Positions 20,363 to 30,963 are shown, counted from the first letter of the stretch. The stretch: DNA of 64,000 bases from Fibrobacteria bacterium (GCA_037447435.1 JBBIGR010000003.1:32001-96000), one strand, 5' to 3'. The notes: generated by a model from the sequence alone, not told the origin. Numbers and translations are program-made.

Positions 20363-21565
20363 TTATTTTCCCAACGATTCTTTAAATGCCCGTGTCAAAG
20401 CCGGAAGCACTTCCATGACATCCCCTACGATGCCCAAATTGGCGATTTGGAAAATGTCGGCATTGGGGTCTTTATTGATTGCGATAATATAATCCGACGA
20501 CTGCATGCCTGCCATATGCTGCACCGAACCGGAAATACCGCAGGCGACATACAATTTAGGACAAACGGTTTTCCCGGTTTGGCCCACCTGATGCGAATAC
20601 GGAATCCATCCCGCGTCCACCGCAGCGCGGCTTGCGCCGACCGCAGCACCGAGCACTTCGGCGAGTTCCTTGACAAGAGCCATGTTTTCCGGTTTTCCCA
20701 TCCCGCGTCCGCCGGACACGATGATGTCGGCTTCCGTGATGTTGACCGTCGATTCGACTTCCTTGACAATGTCGACAATCGTCGTGCGGATGTTGAGTGC
20801 TTCCGCATCGACGTTATGAACGATCACTTCACCGGTACGGTGATCGTCCCGGATTGCGGCTTTCATCACTTTGTGACGAACCGTTGCAATTTGCGGACGA
20901 TGGTCCGGGCAAATGATGGTTGCCATAAGGTTTCCGCCGAAAGCGGGGCGCGTTCCCAACAGTAAATGTTTTTCGACGTCTATGTCAAGCTTTGTGCAAT
21001 CTGCGGTCAGTCCGCCCCATACGCGGGCAGCGACCTTGGGAATAAACGATCTGCCGATGGCCGACGCGCCCGCGAGGACGATTGCCGGTTTTTCCGCATC
21101 AACGAATTCGGAAACGATTTGAGCGTAGCTGTCGTCCTGGAAATTCGCCAGTTTTTCACTATTGTAATACACGACGCGGTCGGCACCGAATTTGATGAGC
21201 TCATCCGCATTTTTCTGCATGTTATTGCCAAGCAGTACCGCGACCAACTTTTCTTTAAGCTGGTCTGCAAGTTTTCTGCCTTCTCCGAGCATTTCGTACG
21301 ATACGCCGGCAACGACGCCTTCATGTTGTTCAATGAAGACGGCGACATTTTTATAGTCGGCAATATTTTTTGTTCCGCCCGAAGATTCCTTGGTGATCGT
21401 TATGGCCTGATATTTTTTGCAAGCTTCAACGCAGGATGCGCATAAATTGCATTTTTCAAGGTCTATAACGGCTTTCTTATCGACAATTTTAATCGCGTTG
21501 ACGCCGCAAGCCCGTACACACAGGGAGCAGCCAATGCATTTTTCTAATTCAACATTTATACCCAT
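20363..21565 (-). CDS. etfA: Electron transfer flavoprotein alpha subunit with N-terminal 2[4Fe-4S] ferredoxin
   Basis: CIGCSLCVRAC and CNLCASCVEAC; GLTADCT, RPAFGG, QVGQTGK, GISGSVQH. Confidence 0.93.
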   Translation of the reverse strand: MGINVELEKCIGCSLCVRACGVNAIKIVDKKAVIDLEKCNLCASCVEACKKYQAITITKESSGGTKNIADYKNVAVFIEQHEGVVAGVSYEMLGEGRKLADQLKEKLVAVLLGNNMQKNADELIKFGADRVVYYNSEKLANFQDDSYAQIVSEFVDAEKPAIVLAGASAIGRSFIPKVAARVWGGLTADCTKLDIDVEKHLLLGTRPAFGGNLMATIICPDHRPQIATVRHKVMKAAIRDDHRTGEVIVHNVDAEALNIRTTIVDIVKEVESTVNITEADIIVSGGRGMGKPENMALVKELAEVLGAAVGASRAAVDAGWIPYSHQVGQTGKTVCPKLYVACGISGSVQHMAGMQSSDYIIAINKDPNADIFQIANLGIVGDVMEVLPALTRAFKESLGK

Positions 21566-21579
21566 CGGTCGTTTTCCTT

Positions 21580-22371
21580 TTATCGAATGACATTAAGGTC
21601 GAGAATTGTGGATTTAATTTTGCTGACAAGTTCCGGCACTTCGCCGCTTATTTTTTCGCCGCCGCCCTTACGTTCCGGAACGAAACTCCTGAAAACCTGA
21701 GTTGGGCTTCCTTTGTGACCGATTTTATCGGGATCGGCCTTGAGGGCTTCTGCAGTAAGCTTTGTAATGACTGCCTTTTTTGCGCGCATTTTTCCTTTTA
21801 ATGATGCCATTCGCGGGACATTGATTTCCTTGACAACAGTGATAAGTCCCGGAAGCGGCATTGAAACAACCTCGTAACCGTTTTCCATCATTCGCTCAAC
21901 GCGTATGGACGTTTCGGTTATTTCTTCCACTTTGCGAACCCACGCAACAAATGGAAGATCGAGCATTTCGGCAACGCCGGGACCAACCTGTGCCGTATCG
22001 CCGTCTATTGCTTGTTTTCCGCATATGATCAAATCAACGGGACCAAGGGATTGTATTCCGCGGGCAACGGTGTATGATGTCGCCCAGGTATCGGAACCCG
22101 CAAAAGCTCTGTCTGAAATTAGATAGGCCTCGTCTGCTCCAAGCGCAATAGCGCTTTTCAAAGCTTCTTCTGCCTGAGGCGGACCCATGGTGATGATTTT
22201 TACAACAGCGTTTCCAACGCGCTCTTTGATGCGCAACGCTTCTTCAATCGCATATTCGTCGAACGGATTAACGACTGCCTCGACACCGTCTCTGATGAGC
22301 GTGCCTGTTTCCGGGTTTATTTTTACTTGCGTTGTACCCGGAACCTGTTTGATGCACACGACAATATTCAC
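21580..22371 (-). CDS. etfB: Electron transfer flavoprotein beta subunit
   Basis: CIKQVP, NPFDEYA, FAGSDT, GKQAIDGDTAQVG, SPT. Confidence 0.95.
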   Translation of the reverse strand: MNIVVCIKQVPGTTQVKINPETGTLIRDGVEAVVNPFDEYAIEEALRIKERVGNAVVKIITMGPPQAEEALKSAIALGADEAYLISDRAFAGSDTWATSYTVARGIQSLGPVDLIICGKQAIDGDTAQVGPGVAEMLDLPFVAWVRKVEEITETSIRVERMMENGYEVVSMPLPGLITVVKEINVPRMASLKGKMRAKKAVITKLTAEALKADPDKIGHKGSPTQVFRSFVPERKGGGEKISGEVPELVSKIKSTILDLNVIR

Positions 22372-22540
22372 AATAAAGGCTCCTTTTAGTAACTATATAG
22401 AAATTATACACTCGGTTAAACTTGGTAAACGAACACTTCTTCAACCATGCAAAGCATGGGGATGGAATAATAAAAGCAAACTTTTAATATACTTTCCGAT
22501 AGCGGAATCTTGCAACCAGTGGCGGAAATTCAAATAAAAA

Positions 22541-22990
22541 TCAGGATAAAAAATAAGGCCGTTCCTTCGCTTGCATTTTTTTTGCATCAGAGGGTTTTTT
22601 ATGGTCATAACCAAGCAGATGAAACATTCCGTGAACAAACAAACGTTTGATTTCCGCCTCAAAGGATACGTGATATTCTTTTGCCTGGCTTCTGGCTCGT
22701 TCCAGTGAAATATAAATTTCTCCCAATAAATCCGGTTCGTCATAATTAAAGGACAAAACATCCGTTGCTTTGTCTTTATCACGAAATTGCCGGTTTAATT
22801 TTTTTATTGCCGCATCCGAACACATGATGACGTGTGTTTGCATTTTTGCGTCCACTTTTTCTGCAGAATAAATATCCAAAGCGGTTTTCCTGATAAGTGG
22901 TATAGGAACATCGATACTTTTAAACTCGTGATGAATGAAAAGTGTTTTTTTTCCAAAAACACTCATTTTAAAATTCTCTATCGTTTTCAC
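22541..22990 (-). CDS. ybeY: rRNA maturation endoribonuclease YbeY
   Basis: LNRQFR.KDKATDVLSF; HGMFHLLGYDH zinc motif. Confidence 0.93.
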   Translation of the reverse strand: MKTIENFKMSVFGKKTLFIHHEFKSIDVPIPLIRKTALDIYSAEKVDAKMQTHVIMCSDAAIKKLNRQFRDKDKATDVLSFNYDEPDLLGEIYISLERARSQAKEYHVSFEAEIKRLFVHGMFHLLGYDHKKPSDAKKMQAKERPYFLS

Positions 22991-23149
22991 GGTGCCTTCC
23001 CATTAATTCTATTCCGGTTTTGTTCGGGGTAAAAATCATTGACCTTTCTTTATTAATATAGTAAAATTTTTACAACCTAATTTGTCTTATATATAATAAG
23101 ACAGCCCTTTACCGGAATATCGTTTTTTTGGCTTCAGGAGAACTCTATT

Positions 23150-25336
23150 ATGAAAACTCTCAAGCACGATATCCTTTTGTCGTGTCTTCTGGTTTGTTTT
23201 TGCATAGGAATCGGAAACGCGGAGGAACGTGAAGCGTATATAAAAAGCATGATCGGAAGCGTTTCGGTTCGAAAAGGCCAGAGTCCTACATGGAAAGACG
23301 GACGTCCCAATATGGTTTTAAAAGAAAAGGACGCCATTAGGACCTTTGTTGAATCGCAAGCCGAGGTCATGACCAGCGAAGGATCGATATTAAAACTCGA
23401 TGAAAATACCACCATGGAAATGTCGACGCTTAAGGATTTCGGCGGCGGAACGCAAGCGACCAAAGTAAAAATTCTCAACGGTTCGATATTGTCGAATGTG
23501 AAAAAACTGGTGAATACCGGATCGTCGTTCGAATTTGAGACGCCGACGGCAGTGGCATCGATACGCGGAACGACCCTGGGACTCGATGTGACCGGAGAAA
23601 AAACATTGGTAAAGGTTTATGAAGGGGAAGTCGTTGTGAAACCCAAGGGAGGCACAACGGCAACCAGCGTCAAGACGAACCAGATGATCACTATTGTAAA
23701 GGGTGAAAAAAACGCCAAACTTGAAACGATGACCGAAAAAGACAAGGGATCGGTGGTTGCGCCTGAAACGGGAAATGCGATAAAACAGGCTATTGACACG
23801 GCGGCAAAAAAGGATACGACAAAACAAATTCTTGCAGATACGAGTTCGAAGGCAAAGCCCCAAGCCGACTCATTGCGCAACGGCAAGGTCTCCGATACGA
23901 CTAAATCCGGCGCGAAAATAGACTCGGCAGCGATAAAGGCAAAGGCCGCGCTTGATGCGACGGCAGGGACATTGCATCTGACCGTTGTCACCCCGGCGGA
24001 TTACATGCATGTCAAACCGGGGACGCCTGTTTCCGTGACGGGAAAAACCGTCGGATCAAATGTCAAGGTTACCGTTGCCGGTCAAACGGCATCGATGCTT
24101 GCAAGCGGCGATTTTAAGGCAACGGTGAATGCGCCGCTTGCCCCGGGCGAATACGACATCCTTGTTGAAGCAAATTCCCCCTCACAATCGCAGAGCGTTA
24201 CCCGCAAATACGTGGTAGATGCGCAAACTCAATTGTTTTTACAGGTTTCTTCACCGACCGACGGCCAAAAATTCGGGACGACATTCATCACGGTATCGGG
24301 AACCACAGCCGTGGGTGCCGACGTCACGGCTTCCGGCATTAAATGTCAAGTTAGCTCGAACGGGTCTTTTTCAGGGAAAGTCCCCATTCCGGATGAAGAA
24401 AACCAGGTTACCATTGAAATAGAAGCGACCCTCGGGAATCAATCTCAGACGATAGTCAGAAAAGTGGAATACCAATCCGATCTCTCTCTGGTAGTCACCA
24501 GCCCGGTGAACGGGCAAATCGTGACTACGTCGACAGTGCAGGTTACCGGACAGGTTTTACCGGCTTCCAATGAAACCGAATTAGCGGTAGAAGATGCCAA
24601 GATCGTGTTGGGCACCAACGGCAAATTCAATCAAATGATTACGATACCGCAAGATGAAGGACAAATTGTTTTGGAGTTTGAAGCCAAATACCAAAATATC
24701 GTTAAAAAGGAGACGCGGACGATTACGTATAAAAAACCAATTGACGATATAAAGCCGACCATAGCGCCGCTGAGTCTGCCTAATTATTCAAAGACCAAAA
24801 TTATACCGTTTACCGTGCTCGATAGGACAACCGATGACGAAATAACATTTTACAGGCAAATAGACGGTTCACGGGAATCGGAAACCGGAAGGCCGAATTC
24901 GAGTTTCAATTTGACTTTGGAGGAAGGTGTCCACGATTATATCGTTTATGCGGAAGATTTGGCAAAAAACCGGTCGGTACAGGTGGGCGGGACGGTTGCC
25001 TATGTTGAACGTTCGTTTCAAATTCAGATGCGTAAACCTCTGGGAAGCGAGATAATCAGGCTGCCGCCGTCTACACCGCTCGGCAGCAGTTTTGCCCCGC
25101 AATATACGGTGAAATTTGCAATCCTGAACATACCCGATAACGACCGCAGGCTCGTTAAACAAGTAAGCGTAACGAACCTTGCAACCGGGCAGGTAGTGAC
25201 ACAGCACGACATTCTCGATTTGGAAATGGAATTCGATATCGATTTAAAGCGCGGGATCAACAGGCTCAGCGTTGATGTCAAAGATATTAACGATAGAATT
25301 TTTTCGGCTAAAGATCTAATCGTCGATGTGCGGTAA
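23150..25336 (+). CDS. Exported FecR-domain protein with tandem Ig-like domains
   Basis: Signal peptide; FETPTAVASIRGT and VYEGEV FecR motifs; K/A/T-rich linker; repeated L.V.SP.DG...VSG Ig-like modules. Confidence 0.8.
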   Translation: MKTLKHDILLSCLLVCFCIGIGNAEEREAYIKSMIGSVSVRKGQSPTWKDGRPNMVLKEKDAIRTFVESQAEVMTSEGSILKLDENTTMEMSTLKDFGGGTQATKVKILNGSILSNVKKLVNTGSSFEFETPTAVASIRGTTLGLDVTGEKTLVKVYEGEVVVKPKGGTTATSVKTNQMITIVKGEKNAKLETMTEKDKGSVVAPETGNAIKQAIDTAAKKDTTKQILADTSSKAKPQADSLRNGKVSDTTKSGAKIDSAAIKAKAALDATAGTLHLTVVTPADYMHVKPGTPVSVTGKTVGSNVKVTVAGQTASMLASGDFKATVNAPLAPGEYDILVEANSPSQSQSVTRKYVVDAQTQLFLQVSSPTDGQKFGTTFITVSGTTAVGADVTASGIKCQVSSNGSFSGKVPIPDEENQVTIEIEATLGNQSQTIVRKVEYQSDLSLVVTSPVNGQIVTTSTVQVTGQVLPASNETELAVEDAKIVLGTNGKFNQMITIPQDEGQIVLEFEAKYQNIVKKETRTITYKKPIDDIKPTIAPLSLPNYSKTKIIPFTVLDRTTDDEITFYRQIDGSRESETGRPNSSFNLTLEEGVHDYIVYAEDLAKNRSVQVGGTVAYVERSFQIQMRKPLGSEIIRLPPSTPLGSSFAPQYTVKFAILNIPDNDRRLVKQVSVTNLATGQVVTQHDILDLEMEFDIDLKRGINRLSVDVKDINDRIFSAKDLIVDVR

Positions 25337-25390
25337 ATGTGGACAAACAAAAATGATATTTCTGGCTCACCGGATGAGGAGAAACAAGAC

Positions 25391-28351
25391 ATGAAGAAAT
25401 ACGGGACCTTTTGTTTTTTATTCCTTTCGTTGCTGAATGCTTTTGCCCAGCAACCCGATACCCTTGCTGCAAAATCAAACCAAATCCTGCAGCAGCCGAT
25501 TGTCGTTATAGGGAAAGATACCTCGTCCAAAGTGGCGATACCCGATACCGCAAAACTAATGATGCGTGATACGACAAAACCGCATGCAACGACAGCCGCG
25601 AATGCAACCGGGGTGCAAAATGGGAATACGTCGAAGATTGCCCGCGCGGTTGGAACGGTATCTCAAACCCAACCCGTCGAGTTTTCATTGGAGATCCCCG
25701 GAGGAGTATTATTCGGAAAGTTTGAAAAAGAAAGCGGCCCGTTTTTAATAAAGGGAAGCATTATAGTACCGGCAGGTCAGGTTTTGGAATTTGGACCGGG
25801 TTGCAAAGTATATGTCAGCGGCGATTATACCACCATCACCGTCTTTGGCCAAATTTTAGTAAAAGGCACTCGCGAAGAGCCGGTCATTTTCCAATCTGCA
25901 AAGCAACGTCCCAATCCGTGGGATTGGGATCGGATTTATATTCGCAGCCGGAACAGAAGCAGTTTTGAACATTGCATCATCCGGCATTCCAATTACGGCG
26001 TCATGGTCGAAAACGGGTCCGTCATGATGAACTATTGTCAATTGGACCACAATTCGCTTCATGCATTGGTCGTGCGGAATTCCGACGCACTTATCATGAA
26101 CACCGCGTTTCAGGGGGGGCAGGTTGTATCCATACTCTGCGAGGCCGGCGGCGACGTTCAGGCGGACAGCCTCATGATAAACGGCAACATAACCGGGGTC
26201 GCGGTCGGGGACAAGGGATCTTTCCATTTGCGCGGCGGGGATATTTCAAATAACGCAACCGGTATCGTGGCAATGCAGGGTTCGTCGGTGTCCGTTGTCG
26301 CAGCGGATATTACAAAAAACCGCATCGGTCTGGTTTCCCAACAACCAGTTCCAAAAAAAATGTCCGAAATGAATTATGGAAACGGCTTGGATGTTAAAAT
26401 CGCCGGCGGAGCGGAAATCGAGAAAATGTTAAAGCCGCCGGAGTCTGTGAAATCCGTTTCGTTGCCGAAAACATCATCCGCTATCCGCATAAAAGATGAT
26501 TTCGCACCCGGCTTTTCCGCAATGCGCGCGCCGCGTGAAGCCACGACGAGTTTTATCGGCAACGTCACTACCGGATTGCAATATTTTTCCCCTAAATCGG
26601 GTATCGATACGTTGAAACAAAATCACTATCCGGGTGAAGACAATCCCGCGATCGGACGCGTTGATAATATACAACCCGAAATGCAGGTGTTTGCAAGCGG
26701 AAAAAAAGGGGACGCGGACATCAATTTGATGCTGGACGTATATGGGAACGATTGGGCCGGATTCCGGCGGAACAATACGAACCTTACCATGAATTACTCC
26801 GACCAGTCTTTCGTTATCGGAGATTTTTATGAAAATAATTCCGAGACCTCTATTTCCGGGCGTAAACTTACCGGGCTCAAATACGACGGAAATTTTTGGG
26901 AAATGGGGAGAGGAACAAAACGGGTATCGGTCAAAGCCGCCTTTGGGCAAAGCGAATTGCCGAAAAGAGTCGGAGAGCACGAGCTTGATATGTACAATAG
27001 CTATGTCGATTCCGGAATGTCGGTACGACAGCAAATGACGTATGAGGCCGCGCTCACCTTTAAACCGACTTTTTATTCCTCCATTTCCGCCCGGGGACTC
27101 ATCGCCCGTGATCAGGCAAATAATACCTTTATTGGAAGCGAGGCGGTAGACGATCCGAAAGCGCCGAACCTGTTGCAAGCGCAAACGGGTTGCATCGACG
27201 GAAAAGTTGATTTCCTGAATGGAAAAATGTCAATCAATGCGGAACTTGATATGGGACGTGTCGACACCTTGGTCGATACGATGGCGGTATTTAGCGATAA
27301 AATTTCAAAAATAGCCTGGTATGATCCCCAAGTACCCGATGCCATTTCAAAAGTTTTTGGAGTCATGTCCACCGTTAAGAATTATGCGTTTACCCTGAGT
27401 TGCAACGGTATTTTCGACGGTTATAAACTCGCGCTTTCGGGTTCGCAAATAGCACCCTCGTACTTTGCCGCCGGAAACCCCTACCTTGAACTGGACCGTC
27501 GCGGCCTCACCTTTACCGGTGAAAAAGAATACTCCGAACAATTGGCCGCCTCAGTGGCTGCGGAGTTTCAACGGCGAACGATTTCGACCAATCCCGTAGA
27601 TAATACGACATTGCGTTGCGCATCAAAATATGCATTTGGGAAAAACTTGCCGGAAGTTAACGGCGATTATATGTTTTATTACGAAACAAACCAGGAACGG
27701 CAAAGCGTATCACAGCAAATCCTGATCGATTCGACCTCCTCTTCGGTTCGCGATACTTCCTACGACAGCGTGTATCAGATACGGGATTATAAAAACCAAA
27801 TCGGTTTGGAATTAAAACAGCAATTGGCAAACGATATGGATTATAGTTTAAAATATCAATTACTTCTTGAAACCGATAACACGAATTACATCAACGAGGC
27901 CGATAAAAATAAAAGAAGCGGCATTCAGCATCAGATTTCCGCACGATATGGTTTCAAGGTAGGTAAATCGGTCCGAAACCGCACGACCATTCGGTTTACC
28001 TCTAAGGATGAAGTGCAGGATTCCTTGAAAGGATTTGCATACAAAATAGGTGATGAACTAAAGTTGTCCCTTATCCCCCGGAAATTGACATGGAGTTTAA
28101 AAGGGGAGTACAGCAATAAATTGGATAAAAAAGTAGTGGCAACTTCCGATGCCTCCGGGAACACGGTCGTTGAACATCAATCCCTTAAAACCATTATGAC
28201 CTCGTTTGAAACCGAGGTGAAATATTCATTAACATCGAAATGGTCTTTAACCGCACGCGGAAGATATGAAAACTCCCAGGATGATACGCCGGGATCGCGT
28301 GAGAATTACATTGCAAAGATATTCGGGTTTTATTGCACGTACCTCTTTTAG
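25391..28351 (+). CDS. Outer-membrane protein: right-handed beta-helix passenger + C-terminal beta-barrel
   Basis: Start MKKYG follows GAGGAG; signal peptide; GPFLIKG.I.VPAG..L...PG...V.G...V.GT...PVIF beta-helix motif; ends in alternating strands and terminal Phe (FGFYCTYLF). Confidence 0.7.
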   Translation: MKKYGTFCFLFLSLLNAFAQQPDTLAAKSNQILQQPIVVIGKDTSSKVAIPDTAKLMMRDTTKPHATTAANATGVQNGNTSKIARAVGTVSQTQPVEFSLEIPGGVLFGKFEKESGPFLIKGSIIVPAGQVLEFGPGCKVYVSGDYTTITVFGQILVKGTREEPVIFQSAKQRPNPWDWDRIYIRSRNRSSFEHCIIRHSNYGVMVENGSVMMNYCQLDHNSLHALVVRNSDALIMNTAFQGGQVVSILCEAGGDVQADSLMINGNITGVAVGDKGSFHLRGGDISNNATGIVAMQGSSVSVVAADITKNRIGLVSQQPVPKKMSEMNYGNGLDVKIAGGAEIEKMLKPPESVKSVSLPKTSSAIRIKDDFAPGFSAMRAPREATTSFIGNVTTGLQYFSPKSGIDTLKQNHYPGEDNPAIGRVDNIQPEMQVFASGKKGDADINLMLDVYGNDWAGFRRNNTNLTMNYSDQSFVIGDFYENNSETSISGRKLTGLKYDGNFWEMGRGTKRVSVKAAFGQSELPKRVGEHELDMYNSYVDSGMSVRQQMTYEAALTFKPTFYSSISARGLIARDQANNTFIGSEAVDDPKAPNLLQAQTGCIDGKVDFLNGKMSINAELDMGRVDTLVDTMAVFSDKISKIAWYDPQVPDAISKVFGVMSTVKNYAFTLSCNGIFDGYKLALSGSQIAPSYFAAGNPYLELDRRGLTFTGEKEYSEQLAASVAAEFQRRTISTNPVDNTTLRCASKYAFGKNLPEVNGDYMFYYETNQERQSVSQQILIDSTSSSVRDTSYDSVYQIRDYKNQIGLELKQQLANDMDYSLKYQLLLETDNTNYINEADKNKRSGIQHQISARYGFKVGKSVRNRTTIRFTSKDEVQDSLKGFAYKIGDELKLSLIPRKLTWSLKGEYSNKLDKKVVATSDASGNTVVEHQSLKTIMTSFETEVKYSLTSKWSLTARGRYENSQDDTPGSRENYIAKIFGFYCTYLF

Positions 28352-28368
28352 GTGCATGCAGAAAAAAG

Positions 28369-28408
28369 AAAAAAGCCTCGCGGCGGCCGAGACCGCGCGA
28401 GGCTTTTT
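28369..28408. terminator. Bidirectional intrinsic terminator
   Basis: AAAAAAGCCTCGCG...CGCGAGGCTTTTT. Confidence 0.75.
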
Positions 28409-28443
28409 GTTTCTTTATAGGGAAAAGCTTGTTTGCTTAATAG

Positions 28444-28593
28444 TCAATTACCTTCGTACATCCTTTTTACCTTTGTTTCCGTGAGAAGAACCGCATCATT
28501 GATTTTTCGTTCAATATTCAGCAACTGCACGCTGACCATAATAAGGAAAAAAATAAGGCATGCCGATAGACTGATCAAAACGAATAATAGCAT
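28444..28593 (-). CDS. Small 49-aa single-TM protein downstream of tsaD
   Basis: AGGAG then ATG; MLLFVLISLSACLIFFLIMVSVQLLNIERKINDAVLLTETKVKRMYEGN*. Below the ORF-track length cutoff. Confidence 0.6.
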   Translation of the reverse strand: MLLFVLISLSACLIFFLIMVSVQLLNIERKINDAVLLTETKVKRMYEGN

Positions 28594-28603
28594 AATGACT
28601 CCT

Positions 28604-29587
28604 TTATAACCCCGCCGAAGCGCTCATGCGCGGAAAACGCATATTGTTTTTTTTCATTTGTTCATACCCTACACGTGCAATCATGGCGGCATTGTCGGTG
28701 CACAGCGATGGCGGAGGAAACAGTGCTCTTTCGCCAAATCGATGCGTTATTGCCTTCCGAAGAGCACCATTGCAGGCAACCCCACCTGCGATACCGACTG
28801 TTTTTATTCCCGTGTCTTCACTGGCTATCATGAGGTTTTTTGCAAGCGAATCAATTATTGATTTTTGAAAAGCAAAACAGATTTTCGACCGGTTTTGGGC
28901 AACCCAGTCATTGCCCTTTTGAGCGCAAAAATATTTGACAGCCGTTTTAAGCCCCGAGAAGCTGAAATCCAATGATGGCGTGGACAGCTTGGCCATGGGA
29001 AAAACTATGTCCGAATCCGGGCATGCGGTCGCGGCTTCCTGTTCGATTGCCCGTCCGGCAGGATAGGAAAAACCGAGCATCTTTCCTATTTTGTCAAACG
29101 CTTCACCGGCGGCGTCGTCTACGGTTTGGCCGAGGCAAGTATATGCTCCGAAATCATCCACTTTATAGATGGCAGTATGGCCGCCGCTGACGACCAAGGC
29201 TAAAAAAGGATAAGGACATTGCGCCTGCCCGCAAAAGATCGAATAGATATGCCCTTCCAGGTGATTTACACCGGTAATAGGAATATTGGTTTGCGTATGA
29301 ATTCCAAGACCGAAGCTGATACCGACCAAGAGTGCTCCGGCAAGTCCCGGGCTGTCGGTGACCGCTATGAGGTCGATATCTTTCATCGTAAGGTTGGTTT
29401 TTTGGAAAATTCGGTCGGCGAGGACGTCGATTTTCGCAATATGTGCCCGGGATGCAAGTTCAGGGACTACGCCGCCGTATGCCGAATGGATTTCCTGTGA
29501 AAAGACTTCGCTTGCCACAATAGATTCATTATCGAGTATTGCGACGGAGGTTTCGTCGCAGGAGGATTCTATGCCCAGTATTTTCAT
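28604..29587 (-). CDS. tsaD: tRNA N6-adenosine threonylcarbamoyltransferase
   Basis: GIESSCDET, GGVVPELASR.H, HLEGH, SGGHT, DDAAGEAFDK, FSFSGLKT, TDNAAMI. Confidence 0.96.
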   Translation of the reverse strand: MKILGIESSCDETSVAILDNESIVASEVFSQEIHSAYGGVVPELASRAHIAKIDVLADRIFQKTNLTMKDIDLIAVTDSPGLAGALLVGISFGLGIHTQTNIPITGVNHLEGHIYSIFCGQAQCPYPFLALVVSGGHTAIYKVDDFGAYTCLGQTVDDAAGEAFDKIGKMLGFSYPAGRAIEQEAATACPDSDIVFPMAKLSTPSLDFSFSGLKTAVKYFCAQKGNDWVAQNRSKICFAFQKSIIDSLAKNLMIASEDTGIKTVGIAGGVACNGALRKAITHRFGERALFPPPSLCTDNAAMIARVGYEQMKKNNMRFPRMSASAGL

Positions 29588-29596
29588 GTGAAATAA

Positions 29597-30322
29597 TTAT
29601 CCGGTTACAACAAATTGTGACAGTCCGGGTTTGTTTTTCAGCGCAGCGCTTAATTCAGCGTCACAATTGATAAACGACATTCTACCGCCGGATTGCAAAA
29701 TAACATCCTTGAACTTTTCAAGATATTGAAGTTCTCTATCGTAAAGGAACATGACGTTCGCGAAATTTAAGGCAATATGGGGGGCGGCATTATTTTGCAG
29801 AATTTCGGCAAGGCGTTTCCACGCAGCAGAGAAATCCGTGTCCTTTTTTGCATTGGAATATAATGCAAGCTCAATGATATCCGCGCCTTTGGTCGTGTTC
29901 GAAGATTCATCGACTACATCCAAAACATCGCCTTGCTGGCTTTGATTATTAGAAGGTTGCGAAAAAATGTTCGGAGTCGCGCTTTCATGAGCGGGCTGAT
30001 GCGACGATTGCACATCAAAATTTTCAAATCCGCCGCCGCGCACATTCCTGACAATTTCTATTTTTGGCGACTCATCGTGCGTATATTGAGCTTCAGACGG
30101 AATTGGCGATTCCGTAAATTCATTTTGTTTGGCTGCCGCAGCCTGACTTTGCCGTTCTTTTTTTAATGTTTCAAACTCGGAAGATTTCTTTTCAATTTCA
30201 TCTTCAAGTTTTGTTATATGGGCAGAAAGGGAGGATAAATATGACCAATTGGAAATTCCAAGGAAAATTGTAATCAGCGCCAGTAGTCCGGCACCGCCGA
30301 GAAAAAGAAATTCCGTGCTCAT
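29597..30322 (-). CDS. Membrane-anchored coiled-coil protein with C-terminal STAS-like domain
   Basis: GGAGG then MSTEF; TM helix; coiled coil; low-complexity linker; IALNFANVMFL...GGRMSFIN resembles STAS. Confidence 0.6.
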   Translation of the reverse strand: MSTEFLFLGGAGLLALITIFLGISNWSYLSSLSAHITKLEDEIEKKSSEFETLKKERQSQAAAAKQNEFTESPIPSEAQYTHDESPKIEIVRNVRGGGFENFDVQSSHQPAHESATPNIFSQPSNNQSQQGDVLDVVDESSNTTKGADIIELALYSNAKKDTDFSAAWKRLAEILQNNAAPHIALNFANVMFLYDRELQYLEKFKDVILQSGGRMSFINCDAELSAALKNKPGLSQFVVTG

Positions 30323-30562
30323 AAGTCCTCCGCAATTAAAATAAATAGTAATATATAGGCATGCAATCAAAACACATAAAATTATTGGGCAAGGTTGTCT
30401 CAATAATGAAACATGTCGGGCAAAATTACACAATAAAGAAAAAATGTACTAATAAAAAAATCTCTAAGAAATAAAAAAAAATTGCGTTTTTCCTGTAATT
30501 TAACAATTTAAATCGCTTAACTAATATATTGGTATGAAGATCGCTATTATAATGAGACAATT

Positions 30563-30928
30563 ATGAGTATCTCATTTAAAATATTGGTTATAGAAGATAA
30601 TTTAGCGAACCAAGAAGCTCTTAAAAAGTCGCTATCCCGGTTAGGCTGTCAGGTCATTGCGGTAGATACCGCGGAAAAAGGTATAGATGAGGTTAAAAAA
30701 GTAAATTTTGATGCTATTTTTGCCTCTTTATGTGTTCGCGAAAAAGGAGCCCGCACAGTCGCTCGATTTGTAAAAACCCAGTCTTCTCGAACAAAGTTCT
30801 TTGTGGTTACAAGTTGGAAAGGTGATTTAGAACAGAATCTTCTTCACTTGGACGGCATTCACGATATTGTTCGAAAACCATTGATATTTACTGAAATAAG
30901 GGATAAATTGCTTGAGCATTTAGGTTAA
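30563..30928 (+). CDS. Single-domain response regulator, phosphoacceptor Asp replaced
   Basis: ILVIEDN, FDAIFAS (normally ..LD), VVTS, RKP. Confidence 0.8.
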   Translation: MSISFKILVIEDNLANQEALKKSLSRLGCQVIAVDTAEKGIDEVKKVNFDAIFASLCVREKGARTVARFVKTQSSRTKFFVVTSWKGDLEQNLLHLDGIHDIVRKPLIFTEIRDKLLEHLG

Positions 30929-30963
30929 TTTTAGCTAAGAAAATAAACCCACAGGACTTTATT

